DNA of 64,000 nucleotides from Escherichia coli (GTDB lineage Bacteria; Pseudomonadota; Gammaproteobacteria; Enterobacterales; Enterobacteriaceae): NCBI RefSeq assembly GCF_036507355.1, contig NZ_AP027877.1; one strand, 5' to 3'. Shown piece by piece: positions 20,325 to 29,548 of this stretch (position 1 is its first letter; each line of letters starts with the position of its first letter). The notes under the pieces were generated by a model. It saw only the letters and a program-made list of their open reading frames with translations, ran no database searches and was not told where the DNA came from. The position numbers and the translations under genes were made by a program.

Positions 20325-20627
20325 TTAACGCGTATTTTTCAGCGACTCCTGTGCAAAATACGCTGTTGCTTTTTTTAATATATCTCGCTCAAGGCGAGCT
20401 TCATTTAACGCCTTACGCAGTTGCAGAATTTCAGATTCCAGTTCAGCCACCGTGCGGGAACCAGGAGTACCGAGCCCTTTTCTGGCGGCGGTAACCCATT
20501 GTCCTAAAGTGCCTTCAGGAAGAGATAATCGGGAAGCGCCTTCACTGATCGAAAGTTGATTTTCAAGAACCGTTCTGACAGCTTCGGCTTTGAACTCTTT
20601 AGAGTAACGTTGGGTTTTTCTGCTCAT
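20325..20627 (-). CDS. IS3-family transposase OrfA (HTH and leucine-zipper part)
   Basis: 100-aa ORF MSRKTQRYSKEFKAEAVRTV...; sits upstream of orfB in a different frame. Confidence 0.8.
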   Translation of the reverse strand: MSRKTQRYSKEFKAEAVRTVLENQLSISEGASRLSLPEGTLGQWVTAARKGLGTPGSRTVAELESEILQLRKALNEARLERDILKKATAYFAQESLKNTR

Positions 20628-20748
20628 TATTAGCTCCTTCTGATGCCATTCTATTTCAGGAAGGAGTGTCCGTTAAACTCAGGCTACCTCATACCAATAA
20701 CGGCGAGTAAGTAGTACGCATCTTACCTCTTTTTTAGAGATAACCATT

Positions 20749-20841
20749 ATGTCAATAGAAAAACACGAAAGAAGCACTAAGGATTTGGTGAAAGCAGCAG
20801 TATCGGGATGGCTGGGCACTGCGCTTGAATTTATGGATTTC
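20749..20841 (+). pseudogene. ydfJ: 5' fragment of MFS transporter gene ydfJ (codons 1-31), separated from the rest by the prophage
   Basis: Translates MSIEKHERSTKDLVKAAVSGWLGTALEFMDF; joins the body at 38329 (MDFQLYSLGAALVF...) through the shared ATGGATTTC. Confidence 0.6.
20827..20841. repeat. Left prophage attachment core (gaatttATGGATTTC)
   Basis: Directly repeated (one T fewer) at 38324-38337, at the ydfJ split point. Confidence 0.55.
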
Positions 20842-22386
20842 AAGAGTCATGCGTGTTAACTATTTGATAAATATTAAATTAATTTTTCATTGCTTCGTTA
20901 TGGGGCATGGTTGGGGCAAACTCGCTTAACTGTGTATTTAACAAAGCTACCTGTGCATTATTGTTTTCAGACATCCATTTTCCGTATAGACCCTCCGCAT
21001 CTTGAGAGTGTTGGTGATAACGCCTGGATGGGAAAGAAATATGGACGGCTGAATAAAGATGCCTGGCGTGATGATTCGCGACAGAGATTTAAAGAAGCCT
21101 TTCGGGTGTTGAGGCCGCACGGCGTTCTGATTTTTTAATGGAATGAAACGCAAATACCGGTAAGCCAGATTCTGGCACTGACAGACAGAAAACCTGTTAT
21201 CTGTCAACGAACAGGGAAAAAACGATAAAACCCACTGGATTATTTTTATGAAAGAGGCATCCAGTGAGTAGATTCGTAAGGCTACAGATACGTATATCTG
21301 AATAATTAAATTCAGTTCTGTAAATAAAATTTAATCCTTAACCGGATGGATTTCTGCACCCTCAGAACATCAGGAGGCCGCCCGAAAGGGCGGTAGTGAA
21401 ATGCGAAAGTTCAAAATTATTATTGAAACGGGAATAGCTGGTGGAGATTTTGAGGATGTATTCGAAGTGGACGATGACGCAACACCTGAGGAAATTCATG
21501 ACGGAGCATAAGAAATTTTCTTTAACTACTGCAATTACTCATACCACGAAATAAAAGACGATGAGGAAGAACAAAGTGGCTGATTTTTGTTCAGCTAAAT
21601 ATAACATCAGTTTTGAAGAGCGGGATGAACTATTAATGGACTATGGTGAGTTACGCGGTGGAAGTGCTGCTGATGTCGAATCCTAGCGTGATGACTATGA
21701 AGCGGGAAAAACTCCGGTCGAAGCATATTGTGATGAGTGGGGCGATGAATGAGCGAGATTAATTATCAGGAAGGGCATGAAACGGCGGGGCAAGCAAAAC
21801 CAGTGGCATGGCGATATCGCTACGTGAAAAAAGGCGTTACGGACTTTCAGGGGAAGTAGTGGTCTGGTGACTGGAAATATGTACCGAAAAAAGAGGATTG
21901 TAACGACAGGCCGAACTATCAAATTCAGGCCTTATTCACTGCCTCACCAGTCCCAGTTACATCAGAAGAACTGGTTAAAGCTGTGCACTTTTATGAACAA
22001 CTAAAACGCGAAAATCCACCAACATCCGGCAACTAGATTAATGGATTAACTATGTCGGTTAAACGACCAGCCAACTGAAAAAGCGGAAACCTGATTACAG
22101 GTTGCCAGATAAGGCAATGAGCTACCTGGCGCGGAACGGACTGATAAGTATGGGGAATGTTTTACGATGAACCTTTAGACTAAAGAGTTTGTAACGCTAT
22201 GTAAGTGATTTTTTCTGGTTTAGATATTTATATGTCCGGCCAAATTGAGGTGTGTTTAAATGTAATTGCACATTGATTGTAGGAGGAATAATGAAAAACG
22301 CATTGCAGTTTTTGTTTGTTGCGTTCTGGTTGTTCGCATCATGTATGCCCATCATCTTCACAGCAAGGTGAATCGCCACGGATAAT

Positions 22387-23199
22387 CTAGACACTTCCGA
22401 GCCGTTGATAATACTGGTTTTCATATTCTGTCGGTGACATCTGATCGCTGGAACCATGCCGACGCTTACTGTTATAAAACATTTCGATGTAATCAAAAAT
22501 ATCGCTGCGGGCTTCTTCCCGCGTTCCGTAGATCTTTTTCTTTATCCGTTCGCGTTTCAACAACTGGAAAAAGCTTTCTGCAACCGCATTATCATGGCAG
22601 TTACCGCGACGGCTCATGCTGCCATCCAGGCCGTGTGATTTCAGGAACGACTGCCACTCATGGCTTGTGTACTGACTGCCCTGATCCGAATGAACCAGCA
22701 CCTGTTTTTGGGGATTACGGCGCCATACAGCCATCAGCAGTGCGTTCAGGACAATGTCCTTTGTCATCCGGGATTGCATGGACCAGCCGATAATTTTGCG
22801 TGAGAACAGATCAACAACCACGGCAAGATACAGCCAGCCTTCGTGGGTCCTGATGTAGGTTATGTCCGTTACCCAACGCTTATCCGGAGCATCCGGATTG
22901 AACTGTCGCTGGAGCCTGTTGGGCGACACGATACTGGCCTCGCCTTTACGTGCCCGCGGGCTCCGGTATCCGACCTGAGCCTTTATCCCGACACGTTTCA
23001 TCAGTCGCCAGACTCTGTTCACTCCGCACTGTTGCCCGCTGTCCCGCAGATCCAGATGGATTTTGCGATAACCATAGACGCATCCCGATTCCAGCCAGAA
23101 CTGTTTAATCTGCCCTGTCAGCCTCAGGTCTGCCTGATGGCGTTGTGAATGCGGCTGCTGAAGCCAGGCGTAAAAACCACTGGGATGAACATCCAGCAC
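22387..23199 (-). CDS. IS3-family transposase OrfB
   Basis: 270-aa ORF with DDE core (HSDQGSQY). Confidence 0.85.
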   Translation of the reverse strand: MLDVHPSGFYAWLQQPHSQRHQADLRLTGQIKQFWLESGCVYGYRKIHLDLRDSGQQCGVNRVWRLMKRVGIKAQVGYRSPRARKGEASIVSPNRLQRQFNPDAPDKRWVTDITYIRTHEGWLYLAVVVDLFSRKIIGWSMQSRMTKDIVLNALLMAVWRRNPQKQVLVHSDQGSQYTSHEWQSFLKSHGLDGSMSRRGNCHDNAVAESFFQLLKRERIKKKIYGTREEARSDIFDYIEMFYNSKRRHGSSDQMSPTEYENQYYQRLGSV

Positions 23200-23255
23200 C
23201 CGACAGAGCAGGCGAACAGGCCAGCAACAGGTGTTGTCACGGATAAAGGCGTACC

Positions 23256-23540
23256 TCAGTCGGACAGCTTTGCGAAGTACGCCGCGGCTTTTTTTAATAT
23301 GTCCCGTTCGTCGGTAACCCGCTTCAGCTCTTTCTGGAGACGGCGGATCTCGGCCTGAGCATCTGACTGTTCTTTATTAGCGGAAGAATCCGGACCGTAC
23401 TTCTTTATCCAGGCGTAAAGGCTGTGGGTGGTGATATCGAGACGTGTTGCAACGCTGGCAACAGAATAACCGCGATCAACAACCTGTTTGACTGCTTCAA
23501 TTTTAAACTCTTCGGGATAACGCTTACCGCTCATGGGCAC
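23256..23540 (-). CDS. IS3-family transposase OrfA
   Basis: 94-aa ORF MPMSGKRYPEEFKIEAVKQV... Confidence 0.8.
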   Translation of the reverse strand: MPMSGKRYPEEFKIEAVKQVVDRGYSVASVATRLDITTHSLYAWIKKYGPDSSANKEQSDAQAEIRRLQKELKRVTDERDILKKAAAYFAKLSD

Positions 23541-23671
23541 CTCTCTTTAAGCCATCTTAAATGACTCTGAGGTGTCTGTTAAACCCGTGGCGATTCATAA
23601 TTGATCATGGGTTGTCAGTTAAACTCGTGGCGATTTAAATAGACTAATTGGGAGTGCGTCCATTACTTATA

Positions 23672-23721
23672 TCTTGTAATGTTAACTATCAGAAATTCTT
23701 GTAATGTTAACTATCAGAAAT
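23672..23721. repeat. Perfect tandem duplication, 2 x 25 bp (tcttgtaatgttaactatcagaaat)
   Basis: Two identical adjacent 25-bp units; each contains cttgtaatg, which also occurs in the relBE operator region at 24628-24636. Confidence 0.9.
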
Positions 23722-23799
23722 GATACAAAGATAATATGTCTTTAAAGAAAAGGCTGATGGCGAAAAGTGGCCCGATGAGGGCCACAATACGGCTGTCAC

Positions 23800-24132
23800 T
23801 TAGACGTAAATATCAATGGTGCCAGCGGTATTTGTATCGTCTTTTTTCTCTTCTTTTTTATCAGGCTGAACTGTCGCGTCTTCATTCTTTTTCTCTGCCT
23901 GCTGCCTTAACAACTGCTCCAGTTGAGCCCAGAGGCTTTCAATTTGCTTCTGTACCAATGCAGCCATTTCTTTTTTCTGCTGTGTCGTCATCCCCTCTTC
24001 CGATGAGATTTTCCCAAGCTTTTCAGTCAGCACCTGAATTTGTCTTGTGATTTTGGCTATTTCTGATGTTCCTTCCGGGGCGGAGTTGTTTGAAATAACG
24101 GTTGAGGTATTTCCCTGAATTGTGACAGACAT
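23800..24132 (-). CDS. flxA: Prophage protein FlxA (110 aa)
   Basis: Translates MSVTIQGNTSTVISNNSAPEGTSEIAKITRQIQVL... Confidence 0.9.
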   Translation of the reverse strand: MSVTIQGNTSTVISNNSAPEGTSEIAKITRQIQVLTEKLGKISSEEGMTTQQKKEMAALVQKQIESLWAQLEQLLRQQAEKKNEDATVQPDKKEEKKDDTNTAGTIDIYV

Positions 24133-24155
24133 AGATTTCTCCTTTTAAAAAAGCA

Positions 24156-24182
24156 CTATCGGCATGCACAAAAAAATCTTTA
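24156..24182 (-). promoter_or_regulatory. Candidate sigma-28 (FliA) promoter of flxA
   Basis: On the minus strand TAAAGATT-N11-GCCGATAG, close to the class-3 flagellar consensus TAAAGTTT-N11-GCCGATAA, about 25 bp upstream of the flxA start. Confidence 0.55.
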
Positions 24183-24334
24183 ATCGTATTTCTTGTGTCA
24201 TTAATTGTTTGATGTTCAGATTGTTTTCCTCGCGGGCTGGCGCGCCTCAGAAAGTAAAGCTTGTTGACAGGGGTAAACGTTCGGCAATAATTTTCTGCCG
24301 CATGCGGGTGTTGCATAAAACGTGTTACGTTCCT

Positions 24335-24640
24335 TTATCGACAGGTCAGGTCACCGCTCACCCGCCGACGAGAAAGCAACACTGACATGCTAAAGCAAAA
24401 AATAGATGAATAAGTTGAGTTGTGCATATGTAGCCTGACCGTCACAAAGTATATGGTGTCTGTACCAGTAAGATGATGGCCGGACTCTTTAAAAACGAGC
24501 TGACCTGCACAATACAGGATGGACTTAGCAATGGCTGCTCCTGGCACAAAGCGGACAGTGATCACCGTTCTTACGACTACTTTCTGACTTCCTTCGTGAC
24601 TTGCCCTAAGCATGTTGTAGTGCGATACTTGTAATGACAT
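24335..24640 (-). CDS. ydfV: Prophage hypothetical protein YdfV (101 aa)
   Basis: ORF of the expected size and position between flxA and relB; weak intrinsic coding evidence. Confidence 0.5.
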   Translation of the reverse strand: MSLQVSHYNMLRASHEGSQKVVVRTVITVRFVPGAAIAKSILYCAGQLVFKESGHHLTGTDTIYFVTVRLHMHNSTYSSIFCFSMSVLLSRRRVSGDLTCR

Positions 24641-24660
24641 TTGTAATTACAAGAGGTGTA
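24620..24660 (+). promoter_or_regulatory. relBE promoter/operator region with inverted repeats
   Basis: cttgtaatgacatttgtaattacaag contains the palindrome ttgtaattacaa directly upstream of relB. Confidence 0.5.
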
Positions 24661-24664
24661 AGAC

Positions 24665-24904
24665 ATGGGTAGCATTAACCTGCGTATTGACGATGAACTT
24701 AAAGCGCGTTCTTACGCCGCGCTTGAAAAAATGGGTGTAACTCCTTCTGAAGCGCTTCGTCTCATGCTCGAGTATATCGCTGACAATGAACGCTTGCCGT
24801 TCAAACAGACACTCCTGAGTGATGAAGATGCTGAACTTGTGGAGATAGTGAAAGAACGGCTTCGTAATCCTAAGCCAGTACGTGTGACGCTGGATGAACT
24901 CTGA
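24665..24904 (+). CDS. relB: Antitoxin RelB (79 aa)
   Basis: Translates MGSINLRIDDELKARSYAALEKMGVTPSEALRLMLEYIADNERLPF... Confidence 0.9.
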   Translation: MGSINLRIDDELKARSYAALEKMGVTPSEALRLMLEYIADNERLPFKQTLLSDEDAELVEIVKERLRNPKPVRVTLDEL

Positions 24905-25191
24905 TGGCGTATTTTCTGGATTTTGACGAGCGGGCACTAAAGGAATGGCGAAAGCTGGGCTCGACGGTACGTGAACAGTTGAAAAAGAAGCTGGTTGAAG
25001 TACTTGAGTCACCCCGGATTGAAGCAAACAAGCTCCGTGGTATGCCTGATTGTTACAAGATTAAGCTCCGGTCTTCAGGCTATCGCCTTGTATACCAGGT
25101 TATAGACGAGAAAGTTGTCGTTTTCGTGATTTCTGTTGGGAAAAGAGAACGCTCGGAAGTATATAGCGAGGCGGTCAAACGCATTCTCTGA
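24904..25191 (+). CDS. relE: mRNA interferase toxin RelE (95 aa)
   Basis: Translates MAYFLDFDERALKEWRKLGSTVREQLKKKLVEVLESPRIE...; start overlaps the relB stop. Confidence 0.9.
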   Translation: MAYFLDFDERALKEWRKLGSTVREQLKKKLVEVLESPRIEANKLRGMPDCYKIKLRSSGYRLVYQVIDEKVVVFVISVGKRERSEVYSEAVKRIL

Positions 25192-25249
25192 ACCAAAGCT
25201 TCGCACCGAAGGTGACACTTCTGCTTTGCGTTGACAGGAGAAGCAGGCT

Positions 25250-25405
25250 ATGAAGCAGCAAAAGGCGATGTTAATCGCCCTGATCGTCATCTGTTTAACC
25301 GTCATAGTGACGGCACTGGTAACGAGGAAAGACCTCTGCGAGGTACGAATCCGAACCGGCCAGACGGAGGTCGCTGTCTTCACAGCTTACGAACCTGAGG
25401 AGTAA
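25250..25405 (+). CDS. hokD: Hok-family type I toxin HokD (51 aa)
   Basis: Translates MKQQKAMLIALIVICLTVIVTALVTRKDLCEVRIRTGQTEVAVFTAYEPEE. Confidence 0.85.
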   Translation: MKQQKAMLIALIVICLTVIVTALVTRKDLCEVRIRTGQTEVAVFTAYEPEE

Positions 25406-25472
25406 GAGACCCGGCGGGGGAGAAATCCCTCGCCACCTCTGATGTGGCAGGCATCCTCAACGCACCCGCACT

Positions 25473-25500
25473 TAACCCGCTTCGGCGGGTTTTTGTTTTT
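25473..25500 (+). terminator. Intrinsic terminator downstream of hokD
   Basis: aacccgc-ttcg-gcgggtt followed by tttgttttt. Confidence 0.5.
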
Positions 25501-25621
25501 ATTTTCAACGCGTTTGAAGTTCTGGACGGTGCCGGAATAGAATCAAAAATACTTAAGTAGCGCGCAGGGATAAGAGGGATGGTCCCTTAAAGGGGAGAGC
25601 TAATTATCCGGAAGGATTCTG

Positions 25622-25873
25622 ATGATGAACATCGAAGAACTGCGTAAAATTTTTTGTGAAGATGGCCTCTATGCTGTGTGCGTTGAAAATGGAAATCTTG
25701 TTAGTCATTACCGCATTATGTGTTTGCGAAAGAATGGGGCTGCGTTAATTAATTTTGTGGATGCTCGGGTCACGGACGGATTTATCTTGCGCGAAGGTGA
25801 GTTTGTCACTTCATTACAGGCATTGAAAGAGATCGGAATAAAAGCTGGCTTTTCTGCTTTTTCAGGAGAATAA
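25622..25873 (+). CDS. rem: Prophage protein Rem (83 aa)
   Basis: ORF track protein MMNIEELRKIFCEDGLYAVCVENGN... Confidence 0.75.
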   Translation: MMNIEELRKIFCEDGLYAVCVENGNLVSHYRIMCLRKNGAALINFVDARVTDGFILREGEFVTSLQALKEIGIKAGFSAFSGE

Positions 25874-25939
25874 ACTCATCTACAATCTTGCGCGGGGCTG
25901 AACTCCCGCTGAGTAACACCGTGCCACCGGAGAAAACCG

Positions 25940-26218
25940 ATGGCACGCAACGCAAAATATTACAATTCTGATAATTCGCCCGTTCTTGCCTGCACGCACG
26001 GGCGGTATTCTCACGCATTCAAGTCTGAATGGTTCCAGCACCCTCCATGCACTGCAGAACAGGCCGAATGGCTGATTCATTCTTACCGCAGGCGCGGGTT
26101 CGAGGTTAAGAAAGCTCTCAGTCTCGACTATCGGCACTGGATAATCTCTGTCAGGCTGCCTTATTCCGAACGCCCACCACGTGCGTCCCGCACTTTCCAG
26201 CAACGGATCTGGAGGTAA
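25940..26218 (+). CDS. Hypothetical prophage ORF (92 aa) overlapping the 5' end of ydfU in another frame
   Basis: ORF track only; may be a separate small gene or a frameshifted N-terminal part of ydfU. Confidence 0.3.
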   Translation: MARNAKYYNSDNSPVLACTHGRYSHAFKSEWFQHPPCTAEQAEWLIHSYRRRGFEVKKALSLDYRHWIISVRLPYSERPPRASRTFQQRIWR

Positions 26219-27269
26219 CGTGCGGGTATTACTTAGACCTGTTCTGGTGCCTGAGCTTGGGCTGGTGGTCCTTAAGCCGGGCCGTGAATCCATACAGATA
26301 TTTCATAATCCTCGAGTGCTGGTGGAACCGGAACCAAAAAGCATGCGTAATCTGCCATCCGGAGTCGTTCCTGCCGTTCGCCAGCCGCTGGCGGAAGACA
26401 AAACATTGCTGCCGTTTTTTAGTAACGAACGGGTGATTCGTGCTGCTGGCGGCGTTGGCGCATTGTCCGACTGGCTATTACGTCATGTTACATCCTGCCA
26501 GTGGCCTAATGGCGATTACCATCACACTGAAACAGTCATTCACCGTTATGGTACCGGCGCAATGGTGTTGTGCTGGCACTGCGACAACCAACTGCGTGAC
26601 CAGACATCGGAATCACTGGAGCTGCTTGCTCAACAAAATCTGACAGCATGGGTGATTGACGTCATCCGTCACGCAATAAGCGGTACGCAGGAGCGGGAAT
26701 TATCTTTGGCTGAATTATCCTGGTGGGCGGTCTGCAATCAGGTGGTGGATGCACTACCTGAGGCTGTATCGCGTCGTTCGCTGGGATTACCAGCGGAAAA
26801 AATCTGCTCGGTGTACCGCGAAAGCGACATCGTACCGGGAGAGCAGACCGCCACCAGCATATTGAAACAACGCACAAAAAATCTTGCACCGTTGCCTTAC
26901 GCCCACCAGCAACAAAAATCACCACAGGAAAAGACGGTGGTAAGCATCACCGTTGATCCAGAGTCTCCGGAATCTTTCATGAAGCTGCCTAAACGTCGCC
27001 GCTGGGTTAAGGAGAAATACACACGTTGGGTTAAGACACAGCCGTGTGCTTGCTGCGGTATGCCAGCCGACGATCCGCATCATCTGATTGGTCACGGGCA
27101 GGGCGGAATGGGAACAAAAGCACATGATCTCTTTGTGTTGCCTTTGTGCAGAAAGCATCACAACGAGCTGCATACGGATACAGTGGCATTTGAAGATAAG
27201 TATGGCTCCCAACTGGAGCTGATATTTCGTTTTATCGATCGCGCGCTGGCAATTGGCGTACTGGCGTAA
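26181..27269 (+). CDS. ydfU: Prophage protein YdfU (DUF968 family); start uncertain
   Basis: 362-aa ORF with a C-terminal Cys/His-rich region (CACCGMP...HHLIGHG...CRKHHNELH). Confidence 0.7.
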   Translation: MRPALSSNGSGGNVRVLLRPVLVPELGLVVLKPGRESIQIFHNPRVLVEPEPKSMRNLPSGVVPAVRQPLAEDKTLLPFFSNERVIRAAGGVGALSDWLLRHVTSCQWPNGDYHHTETVIHRYGTGAMVLCWHCDNQLRDQTSESLELLAQQNLTAWVIDVIRHAISGTQERELSLAELSWWAVCNQVVDALPEAVSRRSLGLPAEKICSVYRESDIVPGEQTATSILKQRTKNLAPLPYAHQQQKSPQEKTVVSITVDPESPESFMKLPKRRRWVKEKYTRWVKTQPCACCGMPADDPHHLIGHGQGGMGTKAHDLFVLPLCRKHHNELHTDTVAFEDKYGSQLELIFRFIDRALAIGVLA

Positions 27270-27282
27270 GTGGAGAACGAGC

Positions 27283-28035
27283 ATGAACCTTGAAGCCTTA
27301 CCAAAATATTACTCCCCAAAATCTCCAAAATTGAGCGATGACGCTCCAGCGACAGGCACCGGTTGTTTAACAATTACGGATGTAATGGCAGCGCAGGGGA
27401 TGGTGCAGTCGAAAGCACCACTTGGGTTGGCCTTATTTCTGGCAAAAGTTGGTGTTCAGGACCCTCAGTTTGCGATTGAAGGCCTGCTAAATTACGCGAT
27501 GGCACTGGATAACCCGACATTGAACAAATTGAGTGAAGAAATCCGGTTACAGATTATTCCTTACCTCGTGAGTTTTGCCTTTGCTGATTACTCCAGGTCT
27601 GCGGCAAGTAAGGCTCGCTGTGAGCATTGTTCAGGTACGGGATTTTATAATGTATTGCGCGAAGTGGTGAAACACTACAGACGCGGGGAATCTGTAATCA
27701 AGGAAGAATGGGTGAAGGAACTATGTCAGCATTGCCATGGTAAGGGCGAAGCCAGCACAGCGTGCAGAGGGTGTAAGGGTAAAGGGATTGTTCTGGATGA
27801 AAAAAGAACCCGGTTTCATGGCGTACCGGTATATAAGATTTGTGGGCGTTGTAATGGAAACCGGTTTAGTCGTTTACCGACCACGCTGGCACGACATCAT
27901 GTCCAGAAGCTGGTACCAGACCTGACCGATTATCAGTGGTATAAGGGGTATGCGGACGTCATTGGTAAACTGGTAACAAAGTGCTGGCAGGAAGAAGCAT
28001 ACGCGGAAGCGCAATTGAGGAAGGTGACGAGATAA
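27283..28035 (+). CDS. quuQ: Late-gene antiterminator Q homolog QuuQ (250 aa from MNLEAL)
   Basis: Cys-rich zinc-finger region (CEHCSGTG...CQHCHGKG...CRGCKGKG...CGRCNGN); sits just upstream of the lysis cassette. Confidence 0.8.
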   Translation: MNLEALPKYYSPKSPKLSDDAPATGTGCLTITDVMAAQGMVQSKAPLGLALFLAKVGVQDPQFAIEGLLNYAMALDNPTLNKLSEEIRLQIIPYLVSFAFADYSRSAASKARCEHCSGTGFYNVLREVVKHYRRGESVIKEEWVKELCQHCHGKGEASTACRGCKGKGIVLDEKRTRFHGVPVYKICGRCNGNRFSRLPTTLARHHVQKLVPDLTDYQWYKGYADVIGKLVTKCWQEEAYAEAQLRKVTR

Positions 28036-28141
28036 ATGATTTTTGCTGAAGATGGCGACATGATGTTTGCATTTTTCAAAAAATATGGATAAAATTTTTT
28101 CAACGATGGGCTTTGTATACCCGACGTTAAGAAAAAGTAGA

Positions 28142-28168
28142 AAACCCGCTGATGAGCGGGTTTTGTGC
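28142..28168 (+). terminator. tR'-like intrinsic terminator about 110 bp downstream of quuQ
   Basis: cccgct-gatg-agcggg followed by ttttgtgcttt; same position as lambda tR' relative to Q. Confidence 0.45.
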
Positions 28169-28456
28169 TTTAAATGGGGCAATGGTAATGTTGAATCTCA
28201 TCCCGGGACTCATGTCTGTTAACTTATTATTTAGCTGGTGACTTGGTTATTTGCCTGATGTTTAAAATGTTTTCTTCCAGTACAATGTCCCTAAACACAA
28301 TGAGTCTGCTTATTATATTATTAGCAGAGCTATTACGGCCAAAGTACAGCATAAGCTTTTAAAGCCAATCAACCAGTCATCAAGACAGACGGGGTTATTC
28401 ATAAAAACTCTCCATGTGTGATCCGATGGGGCCTGAAATTAAAGCTTTAATATAGC

Positions 28457-28669
28457 TCATGAAAGGTAAACATTGGCAGCTGAAGGGCCACGCAGACCAT
28501 TTATCCGGCAAAATTCCACGCGTAATCCGGTGGTAATTTCTTCTGCATCGCGGAGATTGAGCGGTGAAACATGAAGCTGGACATCGATACGACCATCGGA
28601 TGGGGTGATAAGACCCTTGCCGCTTTTGCCGTCAAAGGTTTTGACAATTCCTGTCATTTTACGGGACAA
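28457..28669 (-). CDS. cspF: Cold-shock-like protein CspF (70 aa)
   Basis: CspA-family cold-shock domain; [26 protein letters not shown]... Confidence 0.9.
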   Translation of the reverse strand: MSRKMTGIVKTFDGKSGKGLITPSDGRIDVQLHVSPLNLRDAEEITTGLRVEFCRINGLRGPSAANVYLS

Positions 28670-28969
28670 AAAAATTCCTTAATACTGATAACTTGGCGCA
28701 CTATACACACGTTCCTGAAGAAAGCTATAGTTTTTTGATGGGGTTGAAGATGGCTGGATGTCTAAAATAAACATTGCTTCATATGTTCAACTATGCGTTA
28801 ATGATTGCGTCGGTTTGAAGAACAGACGATATACGAAGTAGTTTACTAAAGCAGTTCTCATTTCAGGTGTTATTCACTTATTCCTTCTTTGAGTCTCTCC
28901 AATTAAGTACGAAGTCGTTTCTGTTATGCAAACCATTTATGCCGAAAGGCTCAAGTTAAGGAATGTAGA

Positions 28970-29185
28970 ATGTCAAATAAAATGACTGGTTTAGTAAAAT
29001 GGTTTAACGCTGATAAAGGTTTCGGCTTTATTTCTCCTGTTGATGGTAGTAAAGATGTGTTTGTGCATTTTTCTGCGATTCAGAATGATAATTATCGAAC
29101 CTTATTTGAAGGTCAAAAGGTTACCTTCTCTATAGAGAGTGGTGCTAAAGGTCCTGCAGCAGCAAATGTCATCATTACTGATTAA
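28970..29185 (+). CDS. cspB: Cold-shock protein CspB (71 aa)
   Basis: [38 protein letters not shown]... Confidence 0.9.
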   Translation: MSNKMTGLVKWFNADKGFGFISPVDGSKDVFVHFSAIQNDNYRTLFEGQKVTFSIESGAKGPAAANVIITD

Positions 29186-29465
29186 AATTCATCGCTCGTC
29201 TGTATACGATAACGAAGAAGGCTGATGCCTGAGTAGAGATACGGACAGAGTAGTGAATATTGGATCTCTTTAATAAAAAGTAAGGAGGTCCAATACATGA
29301 AACAATGGCTAGCATATTTGGCAAAATCTTAATCAGGAAAAGTATGCTAACCATTGTGGTGAAGTGCAGGTTTGCTGCATGAATAGTTTTACAGCAGAAG
29401 CTAACTGCTGGCATGGCAAAACAAAGTGCGTAAGTGGATGACTCCCACAAAAAGCACCACAATCT

Positions 29466-29492
29466 CAAACCCGCTCAGGCGGGTTTTTTATT
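29466..29492. terminator. Hairpin terminator between cspB and the following minus-strand ORF
   Basis: aaacccgc-tcag-gcgggttt followed by ttttatt. Confidence 0.45.
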
Positions 29493-29548
29493 ATCTGCTT
29501 TAAATATATTATTAAAATATAAAAAATACTTGTTACTAATAAAATCAA

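Larger units (their letters stand above)
19428..20692 (-). mobile_element. IS3-family insertion sequence (about 1265 bp) immediately after the rspB stop, flanked by a 3-bp direct repeat TAC
   Basis: Terminal inverted repeats begin TGAGGT at both ends; TAC at 19425-19427 and 20693-20695; encodes orfA and orfB transposase ORFs. Confidence 0.8.
22369..23597 (-). mobile_element. Second IS3-family insertion sequence (about 1229 bp) inside the prophage left arm, no target-site duplication
   Basis: Inverted repeats TGAATCGCCACGG at both ends; flanks AGG versus TAA; orfA and orfB present. Confidence 0.75.

Noticed and set aside
20890..21138. 82-codon ORF ending ...FRVLRPHGVLIF, reminiscent of a methyltransferase C-terminus
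   Set aside because: Only a short motif-level resemblance, no N-terminal domain, and it lies in a region full of stop-interrupted fragments; most likely a gene remnant.
21346..21354. Third copy of the 9-mer ATGGATTTC inside the prophage left arm
   Set aside because: A 9-mer is expected about once by chance in 64 kb on two strands, and the flanking bases do not match the att repeats; ydfJ continuity supports 20841 and 38329 as the real junctions.
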